Below, in pieces: positions 43,134 to 52,432 of a stretch of 64,000 bases of DNA (the stretch's first letter is position 1; every line of letters begins with the position of its first letter). A program made the translations under genes and the position numbers. The notes under the pieces are model-generated. The model had not been told where the DNA came from. It made no database searches and worked only from the letters and a program-made list of their open reading frames with translations. This stretch comes from Candidatus Babeliales bacterium (GTDB lineage: Bacteria > Babelota > Babeliae > Babelales > JACPOV01): contig JBFWNW010000002.1 in assembly GCA_050250855.1 (NCBI GenBank), positions 197,925-261,924 on the forward strand, in the 5' to 3' direction.

Positions 43134-45823
43134 GATTACTGATAAAAATGTCGGCAGCTCTTCTGATAGGCCTAGGCCTTACCCTTGCTATTTTGCAGCA
43201 TGAGGAAAGTTTTAAGCAGGCTTTTCATGGACGTTTGAAAAATCTTTTTGAAGCAACCTTTAATTGTGAAGTTTCTTATGAACTTGCATCGATTAATTTT
43301 TTTTCAGGGCGCTTAGTTGCGCATCATGTTTTTGTGAAAGCTCTTGATAAGAAATGGTCTTGGCATGCAGATACGTTTACCTTATCACTCGCGCCAAGTT
43401 TATTATTTATAGCAGGAAAATGTGGCCTTGATGTAGTGATTGAAAACATGCAGGCAGAATCTTTAATGGATAATGGAATTCCTGCCATTTATGAACATAT
43501 AGTAAGTTTTATCTATGGTGCTACTGATATTCCTTTTACGCTCAAGCGCTTAATGATTCGGCGAGGAAGTCTTGCCATAACCGATGCAGCACATTTTTTA
43601 AAAGGAGAGTTTAATTTTTCAAGTGAAATTGTCATGCAGCTTCATCGAATTCTTTCATCATTTTATTTGACGCATGCACATGTTTCATTATGGGATATTC
43701 CTTGCTTGCAGGGCGCTCATGTACGCATGAGTTTAGAAAAAGTAGGCAATAAAGCATTGAGTATTACTGCGCAAGGAAAACTGACGCTTGATAAAGATTT
43801 GCAGGATGAGGCAGATTGTTACCTTTCTGCAAACTATGATGGAAGGCAGGGTTGGGTGTATTGTAACAATAAAGATAATTCATTACAGCAGCAAATTAGA
43901 ATTCATCCTGATAGTTGGTGTAGTATAGAAGGTATTTTTCCCGTGGCGTTATTTAATAAATTTTTCTTTGTATCATTTCACGATCTTTCTGGTGTAGGTA
44001 AAAATTCCCTTAAATTTTTTTATCATGATGATTATAAAATGCAGGGCATGCTAGTGCTTGATAATGCGTATTATAAAGGTATTCCATTGGGTACGATACG
44101 GAGCTTTTTAAATAAAGATAATGCGTTGTGGGATGGTACGCTTTTATTTGATCATGATGCATGGGGAGCATTACAAGGAGCTTGGCATTGGCATGAAGAA
44201 AAGCATGAAGGTGAAATTTTTTTAAAAAATTCAAAAACATTACAATCGCCCCTTACCTATTTTACGATCAATCCCGGCAATGTTGATATCCGCTGTTCAT
44301 ACACTAAAGATACGATACTTGGTCGCTATGCTCTTGTTGCGCATCACAGAATTTTGCAAACTATGCTCCAAACAGGAGGAACGTTTGCGCTAGCAGATGA
44401 TGCAATTGTTGCAAAAGGTATATTTGATAAAGATTCTTATAGCCTTGTTGGTCGTTTTAATCCTTCGCTAATGCTTACGCATTTTATGTACCAGGATAGC
44501 GATAAAAATACGCTTTTTAGTGTGGCATCTAATCCGCACGCTTGTAATGAACTGCAGGCATTTTTAGATTATCGATGCATACAGAGAATATTAAAAGAAA
44601 TATATAATATTGAAATGAGAGGGCAGGGGCATCTTGCTGTTCATGGAACGCTCAAGGATGACTTGTTAGTTACTGGCTCTCTTTCATTACATGACGGGCA
44701 CATTCAGGTTCCTTATACGTATAATTTTATACAAAATTTAGAAGGATCTTTTAATCTTGATATTAAACAGAAATCTCTGTGGTTGCATGATTTGTTATTA
44801 AAATTACACAAAGGAGCTATTGCAGCGCCACGAGCTACTTTTTGTTGGGATGAATATAAAGAATCTTTTTTCATGCATATGCCGCTTTTTTTTGAAAAGT
44901 TATTTTTAAATATGCAAAAAGATATATTCACTGAATGTTCTGGTGCCGTAAGGGTGCACAAAGAAGAACAAGAAAAAATTATACTTAAGGGAGGAATATC
45001 GTTAGATGGTGGTGAATGTAAAAAAAATATTTTTTCATCAGCATTACAAAAAAATAGTATTCCTGCTTTATATGGTAGTGGCAAATTAGGTATAGAATGT
45101 GATTTGTATATAAAAAGTAAAAAACCATTACGCATACAAACCTCTTTTTTAAATACTGATATTGCACTTGATATAGCTATAAAAGAAAAATTGTATAATC
45201 CATCTTTTACTGGTACTATTACGCTTCAAGGAGGATCACTTTTGTTTCCCTATCGCCCCTTGCATATTACGCGTGGCTTGATTTATTTTCTGCCTCATCA
45301 ACTCGATGATCCTGTTATTGAGCTGATTGCAAAAGGAAAAGTTAAAAAATATCACGTTACGTTGCGTACGAGTGGTTCATTGCGCAAACCGCATATTAGC
45401 TTGGAATCAACACCTCCTTTAACAGAAGAACAAATCTTAACATTACTACTTGCAGGCTCAGAAGAAGGATCAGTAGCGCTGGTTATGCCAACGGTTATTA
45501 TGCAAAATATGGAGCAACTTCTTTTTGGTCCTGAACAATCATATTCAAAGCTTGAGACCTATTTTAAAAATCTATTGGGGCCACTAAAACATGTACGCTT
45601 TGTTCCTACTTTTTTTGATCAAACAGCACGAGGTGGCTTTAGAGGAACTATTTTAGTTGATGTTTCTGAACGTCTTCATGGTTTAATTCAAAAGAATTTT
45701 AGCTTGCCAGAAGATACTAAAATAGAGATAGAATATCTTCTATCTGATGATGTCACTTTGCGTGCATTAAAAGATCAGCGTGGAGACGTTGGTGGCGAAG
45801 TTGAAATGCGGTGGAAATTTTAG
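43130..45823 (+). CDS. tamB: TamB-like (DUF490/AsmA-superfamily) translocation and assembly protein
   Basis: N-terminal anchor MSAALLIGLGLTLAIL. C-terminal block ...ISLESTPPLTEEQILTLLLAGSEEG... ending ...GGEVEMRWKF is typical of DUF490. Confidence 0.7.
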   Translation: MRLLIKMSAALLIGLGLTLAILQHEESFKQAFHGRLKNLFEATFNCEVSYELASINFFSGRLVAHHVFVKALDKKWSWHADTFTLSLAPSLLFIAGKCGLDVVIENMQAESLMDNGIPAIYEHIVSFIYGATDIPFTLKRLMIRRGSLAITDAAHFLKGEFNFSSEIVMQLHRILSSFYLTHAHVSLWDIPCLQGAHVRMSLEKVGNKALSITAQGKLTLDKDLQDEADCYLSANYDGRQGWVYCNNKDNSLQQQIRIHPDSWCSIEGIFPVALFNKFFFVSFHDLSGVGKNSLKFFYHDDYKMQGMLVLDNAYYKGIPLGTIRSFLNKDNALWDGTLLFDHDAWGALQGAWHWHEEKHEGEIFLKNSKTLQSPLTYFTINPGNVDIRCSYTKDTILGRYALVAHHRILQTMLQTGGTFALADDAIVAKGIFDKDSYSLVGRFNPSLMLTHFMYQDSDKNTLFSVASNPHACNELQAFLDYRCIQRILKEIYNIEMRGQGHLAVHGTLKDDLLVTGSLSLHDGHIQVPYTYNFIQNLEGSFNLDIKQKSLWLHDLLLKLHKGAIAAPRATFCWDEYKESFFMHMPLFFEKLFLNMQKDIFTECSGAVRVHKEEQEKIILKGGISLDGGECKKNIFSSALQKNSIPALYGSGKLGIECDLYIKSKKPLRIQTSFLNTDIALDIAIKEKLYNPSFTGTITLQGGSLLFPYRPLHITRGLIYFLPHQLDDPVIELIAKGKVKKYHVTLRTSGSLRKPHISLESTPPLTEEQILTLLLAGSEEGSVALVMPTVIMQNMEQLLFGPEQSYSKLETYFKNLLGPLKHVRFVPTFFDQTARGGFRGTILVDVSERLHGLIQKNFSLPEDTKIEIEYLLSDDVTLRALKDQRGDVGGEVEMRWKF

Positions 45824-45862
45824 TATGGTGATGAAAATATTTTTTATAAAAAAGTAAGTAGC

Positions 45863-46552
45863 ATGAAGATATATACAAAAATAATTTTTCTTTCTTTTCT
45901 TTTTTTTACCTCTCTTCAAGCGAATTTTTTTGCTGATTCTATTCTCTATGCGCAGAGAATTTTAACAAAACCATCTTCACGCAAAATTTTTAAATCTTTA
46001 TTTGTCCCGTACAAAGAGCCTGATGCAAAAAAAGTTTTATGTGGTCTTATTGATAATGAAAAAAAATCTATCTCTTTTGCGCAATATGTTTTAAGTGATA
46101 AAGAAATTACTGAGGCTTTATCTCAAGCTCATGCGCGAGGCGTAAAGATACAGGGAATCGTTGATCATTCGGCATTGCATCATGGTAATGAAAAAGTGAC
46201 TGATTTGGTGCAGCAGGGTATTGATATTCTTGTTTATAAAAAGCCGTATTCAATTATGCATAATAAATATTATGTTTTTGAAGAAAATTTTTTTGGAAAA
46301 CCAGTCGTTTTTATGGGTTCTGCTAATGCTAGTTTTTCTGGTTTTAGAAAAAATAAAGAAAGCATCATGGTATTTAACAACAAAGCATGTTGCCAAACGT
46401 ATAAAAAAGAGTTTAGAGCCTTGCAAAAAGAAGTACAAGCACAAAAAATGTATAGCACTCAGAAACAAAGAGAACAGCAAACAGCATTTTATATGCTTTT
46501 AAAAACTTTTAGGGAATTCAAGCGGCTTATATTTTTAGGAAATTTGTTATAA
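45863..46552 (+). CDS. Exported single-HKD phospholipase D / Nuc-like protein
   Basis: Signal peptide MKIYTKIIFLSFLFFTSLQA; HKD motif MHNKYYVF...VFMGSANASFSG. Confidence 0.8.
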   Translation: MKIYTKIIFLSFLFFTSLQANFFADSILYAQRILTKPSSRKIFKSLFVPYKEPDAKKVLCGLIDNEKKSISFAQYVLSDKEITEALSQAHARGVKIQGIVDHSALHHGNEKVTDLVQQGIDILVYKKPYSIMHNKYYVFEENFFGKPVVFMGSANASFSGFRKNKESIMVFNNKACCQTYKKEFRALQKEVQAQKMYSTQKQREQQTAFYMLLKTFREFKRLIFLGNLL

Positions 46553-46676
46553 AAAAGAGACGAAAGTGGTCAAAAGAAGCTTCTTTTTTTATTGAAGGCT
46601 TCATTACTACAATTCCTTCTTAGCTGGCATCATCGTATGCCGCTTTTTAAAAAAAAGCAAGAAAATTTTATGCGCT

Positions 46677-47633
46677 TTATTTTTCTTCTAAAAGAGGGAG
46701 TTTTTTTAAAAGATGATCTATATCTTCAGGAAGTGCTGACTTAAATGAGTATGCTGTACCATCAAAAGTAAAGTTCAATTGTGCAGCATGAAGAGCTTGA
46801 CGTTTAATATGAGCCGATTCTTTACCATAGGTTCCATCACCAAGAAGGGGATGACCGAGCGTTTTAAAATGTACACGGATTTGATGGGTGCGTCCTGTCA
46901 AAATAGTTACTTCTACCAAGGCAGCATTTTCAAAATAAGTAATTACTTTATATTTTGTTTGTGCTGACCGTGCTTGAATACCATTAACCGTCATTTGATT
47001 GCGTATATGAGGATTTCGGCCGACAGGAAGATCAATAAGACCTTCTTTGTCAGGATGTCCATGCACGACAGCCAAATATGTTTTTTGAATGCTACGTTCT
47101 TTAAAAAGCTTAGTAAAATACTGATGAGCATAATTAGTGCGAGCAATAATAATAATTCCTGAAGTATCCTTATCAAGGCGATGCACAATGCCTGGCCTTT
47201 CAGGACTACCAACTTCAGAAAGTTTTTGATCATTATGCATAAGCCAATCAATTAAGGTCATAGCTTTTTTGTTTGGTGAGGTGCGATGTACTAATAAACC
47301 AGCAGGTTTTTCAAGAATAAAAAAGTGCTTATCTTCATGCATAACATTCACCTTAAGATCTGCAAGAAGTTGACGTTCTTCTGGCAAGAAATCTTGAGCA
47401 TACAGAGGTTCTTGGTTTGGAATTGTAAGCGCAATAAGGTCGCCCTTCTTTAAAGAGCAGCTTGATTTTACCTGTTTGCCATTGACCGTAACCTGATGTT
47501 GGCTGATCAGTTTTTGGACAAAAGAACGAGAATACTCAGGCAGCTTATCACTGATAAAGTGATCAAGGCGGCCAGTATTGGCTTCCTGTTGTACCTGAAA
47601 TGTATGGGTGATCGGTGAAAAAATACGCTCCAT
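46677..47633 (-). CDS. rluD: RluA-family 23S rRNA pseudouridine synthase (RluD-like)
   Basis: N-terminal S4 domain (RLDHFISDKL...VTVNGK); catalytic HRLDKDTSG. Confidence 0.85.
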   Translation of the reverse strand: MERIFSPITHTFQVQQEANTGRLDHFISDKLPEYSRSFVQKLISQHQVTVNGKQVKSSCSLKKGDLIALTIPNQEPLYAQDFLPEERQLLADLKVNVMHEDKHFFILEKPAGLLVHRTSPNKKAMTLIDWLMHNDQKLSEVGSPERPGIVHRLDKDTSGIIIIARTNYAHQYFTKLFKERSIQKTYLAVVHGHPDKEGLIDLPVGRNPHIRNQMTVNGIQARSAQTKYKVITYFENAALVEVTILTGRTHQIRVHFKTLGHPLLGDGTYGKESAHIKRQALHAAQLNFTFDGTAYSFKSALPEDIDHLLKKLPLLEEK

Positions 47634-47822
47634 TTTATTCCTTTGCTCTCTGCTATTAGCTGTTTTACCTGAAAAATTTTATAAAAAATAATAGGTATAA
47701 TTAAAGGGTAAAAGAAATATTATTAAAGTCAAATGGACAAGCAAGATTTGATGCGTTATGCTGAGCAAATAAGGGTATTTTTCAGGTGTAACGGGTAATT
47801 ACTTTTGGCAAGGAGTAGGGGT

Positions 47823-49196
47823 ATGTCTACTGAGAAAAAAGAAAAAAAAGCTATTATTGCGGAATTAGCAGCGTCAGTTAATCTTTTGGTTTCTCATGAC
47901 ACACCAGAAGGAGTTCTTGTATGGGAGCAGCTTATTGACCTTCATCCTGCCGATATTGCTGATTTTTTCTCTTTGATCGATCATGATGAAATTAAAAGTA
48001 TTTTTATACAATTTACTCCCGACTTACAGCTAGAAGTTTTTAGTCATGTATCAGATTCCATGAAGGTCTTTTTGCTTTCTTGTCTTGATGATGTGCATAA
48101 AGCTTCATTACTTGCCAAAACTCCCATTGATGAATTGACCGATTTATTTGATTCGCTTTCCGATCAAGAACTCAAAAAATACCTTATTCTTTTAAGTACG
48201 CAGGATCGCCAAAAGGTTCTTTCTTTAATGAAATTTGATCCAGAATCTGCCGGTGGTATCATGGATACCGATGTACTTACTTTTTTGCAAAGTTTTACGG
48301 TGGAAAAAAGTATTCAAATTTTACAGCGCTTACAGCCGCGTCGTGAGCTCCATCAACAAATGTATGTTACCGATCAAGATAATATTTTAGTTGGTTATAT
48401 TAATTTAGAAGATTTAGTATTGCAATCACCAAAAGAGCGCTTATCAAATTTCTTGCATGAAGTAGAGCTTATTGTTGACGTACAAGAAGATCGTGAAGAA
48501 GTAGCAAAAAAGATGGTGCACTATGAACTTATGACAGCGCCCGTTGTTGGTGAAAATAACTATTTCTTGGGTGTTATTTCAAGTGATATTTTGGTTGAGG
48601 TTTTGGTAGAAGAAGCGGGGGAAGACGTTACCCGCATGGCTTCATTGCCTACCATTAAAGAGCCCTATTTTGAACTTTCTTTTGCAAAACTTCTTTATTT
48701 ACGCGGTTATGTTTTGTTGGCGCTTTTAATAGCCGAATCTTTTTCTGGTAATATTATTCGTGCGTATGAAGCAACAATGACCGGTATTCTAATTTCATTT
48801 ATTCCTATGCTCACAAGCGCTGGCGGTAACACCGGTAGCCAAACATCTGCGGTTGTTATTCAAGGTATGGCTTCAGGAGAAATTGGTTTTTTTAATATGG
48901 CTCGTTTTTTGCGCCGTGAATTTTATGTTTCATTAACTATTGCACTTATCATGGCAGTTTATTCATTTGCGCGCAGTTATTCCGTTGGCGGTACCGTGCC
49001 GGAGAGTTTGGCAATTTGCAGTGCACTTGGTGCTATTGTATTTATTTCTGCAATGCTTGGTAGCGTTATTCCTTTTGTATTGCGCAGATTTAATATAGAC
49101 CCTGCATTTTCAGCAGGGCCTTTTTTGGCAACATTAATGGATATTCTTGGGATTGTCATCTACTGTTATATTAGCAAACTTATTCTTTTTTCTTAG
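47823..49196 (+). CDS. mgtE: Magnesium transporter MgtE
   Basis: ATG at 47823 preceded by AGGAG. N-domain, CBS pair and TM domain with SAGGNTGSQTSAVVIQG. Confidence 0.9.
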   Translation: MSTEKKEKKAIIAELAASVNLLVSHDTPEGVLVWEQLIDLHPADIADFFSLIDHDEIKSIFIQFTPDLQLEVFSHVSDSMKVFLLSCLDDVHKASLLAKTPIDELTDLFDSLSDQELKKYLILLSTQDRQKVLSLMKFDPESAGGIMDTDVLTFLQSFTVEKSIQILQRLQPRRELHQQMYVTDQDNILVGYINLEDLVLQSPKERLSNFLHEVELIVDVQEDREEVAKKMVHYELMTAPVVGENNYFLGVISSDILVEVLVEEAGEDVTRMASLPTIKEPYFELSFAKLLYLRGYVLLALLIAESFSGNIIRAYEATMTGILISFIPMLTSAGGNTGSQTSAVVIQGMASGEIGFFNMARFLRREFYVSLTIALIMAVYSFARSYSVGGTVPESLAICSALGAIVFISAMLGSVIPFVLRRFNIDPAFSAGPFLATLMDILGIVIYCYISKLILFS

Positions 49197-49878
49197 CGGT
49201 AGGTAATGAGTCCAGTAAAGAGCGAGTTTTTTCAGGGTGATCTTGTCGAATGGCATTGATTAATTCTTGATGAGCTTTTTCATACATTTTCCATGCAAAA
49301 TTACCCCCGCTGATTATTTGAATCGATTTTTTATATTCATTTTTATCTGTAGTTGCTTTTTCTATGAATGGAATTTGTTGCGCAATCTCTATAAGTTTAG
49401 TTGGATTAAATATAATAGGTTTTGGTGAGCTTTGCTCTTGTTGCCCTTTTTTTATTAAGCTGAGTGAAAAAGAGAAGAATTCATTTTCTGTTGGTGCAAA
49501 TAAAAGATCGGTAACAAAAGTAGCAGTTTGGGGTTGTGTATTTTCAGGAAAAGAGTTTGAAATATCAGTAACTTCTTTATCGATTTCTCTTAATTTTTGA
49601 CATGTATGTTGATAAAGATCTTGAATGATTTGCGATTGATCTTTAAGCGAAGATTTGTGTTTCTCATTATTATAAAAAATTCTACTGAAAGCTGCACGTT
49701 TTTCACTATTAATAAGCAAATAAATTACTGTCGGTTCTTCATTTTCCTCACAAAACCTTGCTTTTTTTTCTTCCATAGCAAAATTATTGATGATACATGT
49801 TACATTAAAAATAAGGAAAAAAGTTTTTTTCACAGAAGTTTCCTTGATGTACTGTTGCATTGCGTATGAGTATAGCAA
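49180..49878 (-). CDS. Hypothetical exported protein (paralogue of 49895..50383)
   Basis: Hydrophobic N-terminus. Shares IP[FY]IEK, FSLSLI / LSLSIL and other short blocks with the upstream gene. Start uncertain (Met at 49878 or 49863). Confidence 0.6.
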   Translation of the reverse strand: MLYSYAMQQYIKETSVKKTFFLIFNVTCIINNFAMEEKKARFCEENEEPTVIYLLINSEKRAAFSRIFYNNEKHKSSLKDQSQIIQDLYQHTCQKLREIDKEVTDISNSFPENTQPQTATFVTDLLFAPTENEFFSFSLSLIKKGQQEQSSPKPIIFNPTKLIEIAQQIPFIEKATTDKNEYKKSIQIISGGNFAWKMYEKAHQELINAIRQDHPEKTRSLLDSLPTAKKKE

Positions 49879-49894
49879 TGTTCAAGTGAGAGGT

Positions 49895-50383
49895 CTATTT
49901 TATATGGCTTTCAAACTCTTCTTGGGTAAATATTTTTTCAATATACGGAATTTGTAAAATTACTTTTTCTATGCTGGATTTATCAAGTTTTTCTTCAGAT
50001 TCATGTGTTCCAAACTTTAATTGAAATGAATGCCAATGGAGGATGCTTAAGGATAGTTTTAAATATTCTTGTTCATTATGAATCATGTATTCTCGGGCTA
50101 ATACACCAAAATAAGTTCCCCATTTTGATTTTTCATTAAATTGAGCTATAAGTTCTTTGTTATAAGAAGCTAGATTCTTAAGGGCATCATTGCATGTTTC
50201 TAAGAATTTTTGGTCTTCTTGATCTGATAAGGTTAAATCAAAAAGGGATAGTTTTTGATAGCGAGTATACTGCTCATTGAGTTTGCAATAAATATGTATA
50301 GAATTTTGTTGTTTTTCTTCCATGCTTATTATGGGATGGAAGAGAGATAAAAAGAAGAAGGGCAGGGATTTTAGAAGTTTCAT
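49895..50383 (-). CDS. Hypothetical exported protein
   Basis: Signal peptide MKLLKSLPFFFLSLFHPIISM; paralogous blocks with 49180..49878. Confidence 0.6.
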   Translation of the reverse strand: MKLLKSLPFFFLSLFHPIISMEEKQQNSIHIYCKLNEQYTRYQKLSLFDLTLSDQEDQKFLETCNDALKNLASYNKELIAQFNEKSKWGTYFGVLAREYMIHNEQEYLKLSLSILHWHSFQLKFGTHESEEKLDKSSIEKVILQIPYIEKIFTQEEFESHIK

Positions 50384-50499
50384 AGTAGTTCCTTATCTTA
50401 GAGGTTTTTATTATAGTAGGAGAGAACCGGGGCATATGCAAGAGGTTGTAATAATTTTTGCCTAGATACATTATTTTTTTATTTTTTTGAGGCTTTTTC

Positions 50500-50528
50500 T
50501 TGACAAGAAAGCTCTGAATTTATACCAT
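50500..50528 (+). promoter_or_regulatory. Candidate promoter for tRNA-Lys
   Basis: TTGACA (50500-50505), 17 nt spacer, TACCAT (50523-50528), ~20 nt before the tRNA 5' end. Confidence 0.45.
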
Positions 50529-50549
50529 TATAACATCTTTTGAAAGAAA

Positions 50550-50625
50550 GAGCCGGTAGCTCAGTTGGTAGAGCAACAGCCTTTTAAGCTGTGGGTCGAT
50601 GGTTCGAGTCCATCCCGGCTCACCA
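50550..50625 (+). tRNA. tRNA-Lys (anticodon UUU), CCA encoded
   Basis: Manual cloverleaf: acceptor GAGCCGG/CCGGCTC, D arm GCTC-AGTTGGTA-GAGC, anticodon arm ACAGC-CTTTTAA-GCTGT, T arm GATGG-TTCGAGT-CCATC, discriminator A, CCA. Confidence 0.95.
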
Positions 50626-50810
50626 GTCTTCGTTTATCCGGGCCTTCAGGCTTGGCAAACTTCGACTGGCTACGCCAGTTTTTTAAATAACTCAGGTGTA
50701 AAAAGAAATTTGAATTTAACGCAAAAGCTGTCCACCGTAGCCTTGTGCGAAGGCTGGACGTCATGCTATAAAAGTTGAAATTAATAAGCTTTAGGATACA
50801 CTGATCATAA
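50626..50810. repeat. GC-rich hairpin-rich spacer between the tRNAs (repeat-related)
   Basis: Contains CTGGC-TAC-GCCAG followed by T6 (50666-50684, a possible terminator) and GTCCACCGTAGCCTT-GTGCG-AAGGCTGGAC. The CTTCG/CGAAG-rich composition resembles the other elements. Track ORF 50561..50833 is a translation artefact. Confidence 0.55.
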
Positions 50811-50854
50811 TCAGTTTCTGATAATCTTATCAAAAGATCTTATCTGAAATGTTA

Positions 50855-50932
50855 GTCCCTGTCGTCTAGCCCGGTCTAGGACATCGCCCTTTCACGGCGA
50901 AAACATGGGTTCGAATCCCATCAGGGACGCCA
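50855..50932 (+). tRNA. tRNA-Glu (anticodon UUC), CCA encoded
   Basis: Manual cloverleaf: acceptor GTCCCTG/CAGGGAC, D arm GTCT-AGCCCGGTCTA-GGAC, anticodon arm TCGCC-CTTTCAC-GGCGA, T arm ATGGG-TTCGAAT-CCCAT, discriminator G, CCA. Confidence 0.95.
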
Positions 50933-51175
50933 TACTTCGCATAAAGCTTCGTATGGCAGGCCATTCTTTTTTAAAGGTTGGTAATAATAAGTGAAATAAA
51001 CTAAAAGAAATAAAAGCGAAGTATGCCCTTCGAAGCCTTGGCGTAGTAGGGCAATTTATAAACTATTCAATTTCGCTAACCTGTTCTTCGACTTGTCCGA
51101 AATAACTTGAAAAGCGACGGCGGAAGCTCGAAGAGCGTAGTAGAAAGCTTCGTATGGCAGGCCATTCTTTTAAAT
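50933..51175. repeat. Repeat-rich segment with a perfect 28 bp direct repeat
   Basis: AAAGCTTCGTATGGCAGGCCATTCTTTT occurs at 50943-50970 and 51144-51171. The inverted pair CATACTTCGC (50931-50940) / GCGAAGTATG (51015-51024) straddles the tRNA 3' end. Confidence 0.85.
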
Positions 51176-51338
51176 GAACAATGTTCTGATTTCCAATTAA
51201 AAGACCTTCTAAATTATTTCCCCCCCCCATGCTGTCATGATACAGACGTTCCTAGTACTTTCGAAGATATTTGTGCTACATTGAGATTTAAACTAGAGCT
51301 GCTTTAGCACAATTAAATTTTTTGAAAGGGTATATTAC

Positions 51339-51959
51339 ATGAAACGGCCAATAATTTTGTCTTTATTTATTATGCTTTTTGTGCCTTTTTTTAGTATGAC
51401 GAGTGAAGCTAATGAAGCTTTTGATTGCTATGGATTGGGCGACATGCTTTATGGTTTGACCAAAGATATTGGAAGAAATGATTTTCTTTATCTGGCACGC
51501 GCCAATTGGCTATGGTTTTTACAAAAAAAAATTAAATCACAAGAAAACATTGAAGATATTGATAAATACTATGTAGGGTATGGACGAACTATTGAAGGCG
51601 TTGATGCTTCTCTATATCATACACCGTTGCATGAAGCAGTAGGACGAGGCAATCTCCAGATAGTTAAATTGCTTTGTTCTGCTGGTGCTGATTTGTGTAA
51701 AACAGTTAAAAGTATCAAAGAATTAGATTCAAGCGAGCTTGCACAAGAATCATATCAAGTTATTCGTCTACGCTCATCGTGTATACTTCCTATTTCTGAA
51801 AGTGAAATTAATAAACAAATCGAACACTTTAAAAAAGATAATAATCATGGGCTTTCAGCGCTTGAATTAGCAGAGTACATGCTTGAGAATTCTCAAGATA
51901 AAAATTCTGAAAGGCAAGAGATTATGAATTTTTTAAGAATTCAGAGTAAAAAAGATTGA
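51339..51959 (+). CDS. Ankyrin-repeat protein with signal peptide
   Basis: MKRPIILSLFIMLFVPFFSM; canonical ANK unit TPLHEAVGRGNLQIVKLLCSAGADL and a weaker unit GLSALELAEYM. Confidence 0.8.
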   Translation: MKRPIILSLFIMLFVPFFSMTSEANEAFDCYGLGDMLYGLTKDIGRNDFLYLARANWLWFLQKKIKSQENIEDIDKYYVGYGRTIEGVDASLYHTPLHEAVGRGNLQIVKLLCSAGADLCKTVKSIKELDSSELAQESYQVIRLRSSCILPISESEINKQIEHFKKDNNHGLSALELAEYMLENSQDKNSERQEIMNFLRIQSKKD

Positions 51960-52012
51960 GCAACTTACTTTTATTGAATATAAATTGGGTATAAAGGCAG
52001 CGAAGGAATTGA

Positions 52013-52372
52013 ATGATGAATGGCATTAAATATTTATTGAAGATTGAAGAATTTTTTATGCTTTTGGGAAGTTTAATTTTATATAACTTTCTTGGTTATT
52101 CCTGGTTTGTTTTTTCTCTATTTCTTTTTTTACCTGATATTGGAATGATTGCATATTGGTTTGGCTCAAAAATAGGTGCTATCATTTACAATTTTTTTCA
52201 TAGTAGAATCATTGCAGTGTTGTTTTTAATTGCTGGCATATTGCTTTTTTATATTCCACTACAAATATTAGGAATTGCTTTTTTTTGTCACATCTGTCTT
52301 GATCGTATGTTAGGATATGGTTTAAAATATCAAGATTCTTTTTGGAATACGCATCTTGGTAGAATAAAATAA
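52013..52372 (+). CDS. Small polytopic membrane protein (DUF4260-like, from memory)
   Basis: Three to four hydrophobic helices, 119 aa. The family assignment is tentative. Confidence 0.6.
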   Translation: MMNGIKYLLKIEEFFMLLGSLILYNFLGYSWFVFSLFLFLPDIGMIAYWFGSKIGAIIYNFFHSRIIAVLFLIAGILLFYIPLQILGIAFFCHICLDRMLGYGLKYQDSFWNTHLGRIK

Positions 52373-52432
52373 AGAGACTTAACAAGCAAAATGTCTCAAG
52401 AATATAGTAAGATTTTTTAGGAGGAGTTTATC

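Noticed and set aside
47634-47822. Mg2+ (M-box) riboswitch upstream of mgtE
   Set aside because: The 190 bp leader is AT-rich, with none of the conserved M-box helices or motifs I could recognise. It also serves as the divergent promoter region for rluD.
6308-51175. CRISPR array interpretation of the dispersed repeats
   Set aside because: The repeats are not short identical units separated by regular unique spacers. They are scattered over 45 kb in both orientations, and no cas genes were recognised.
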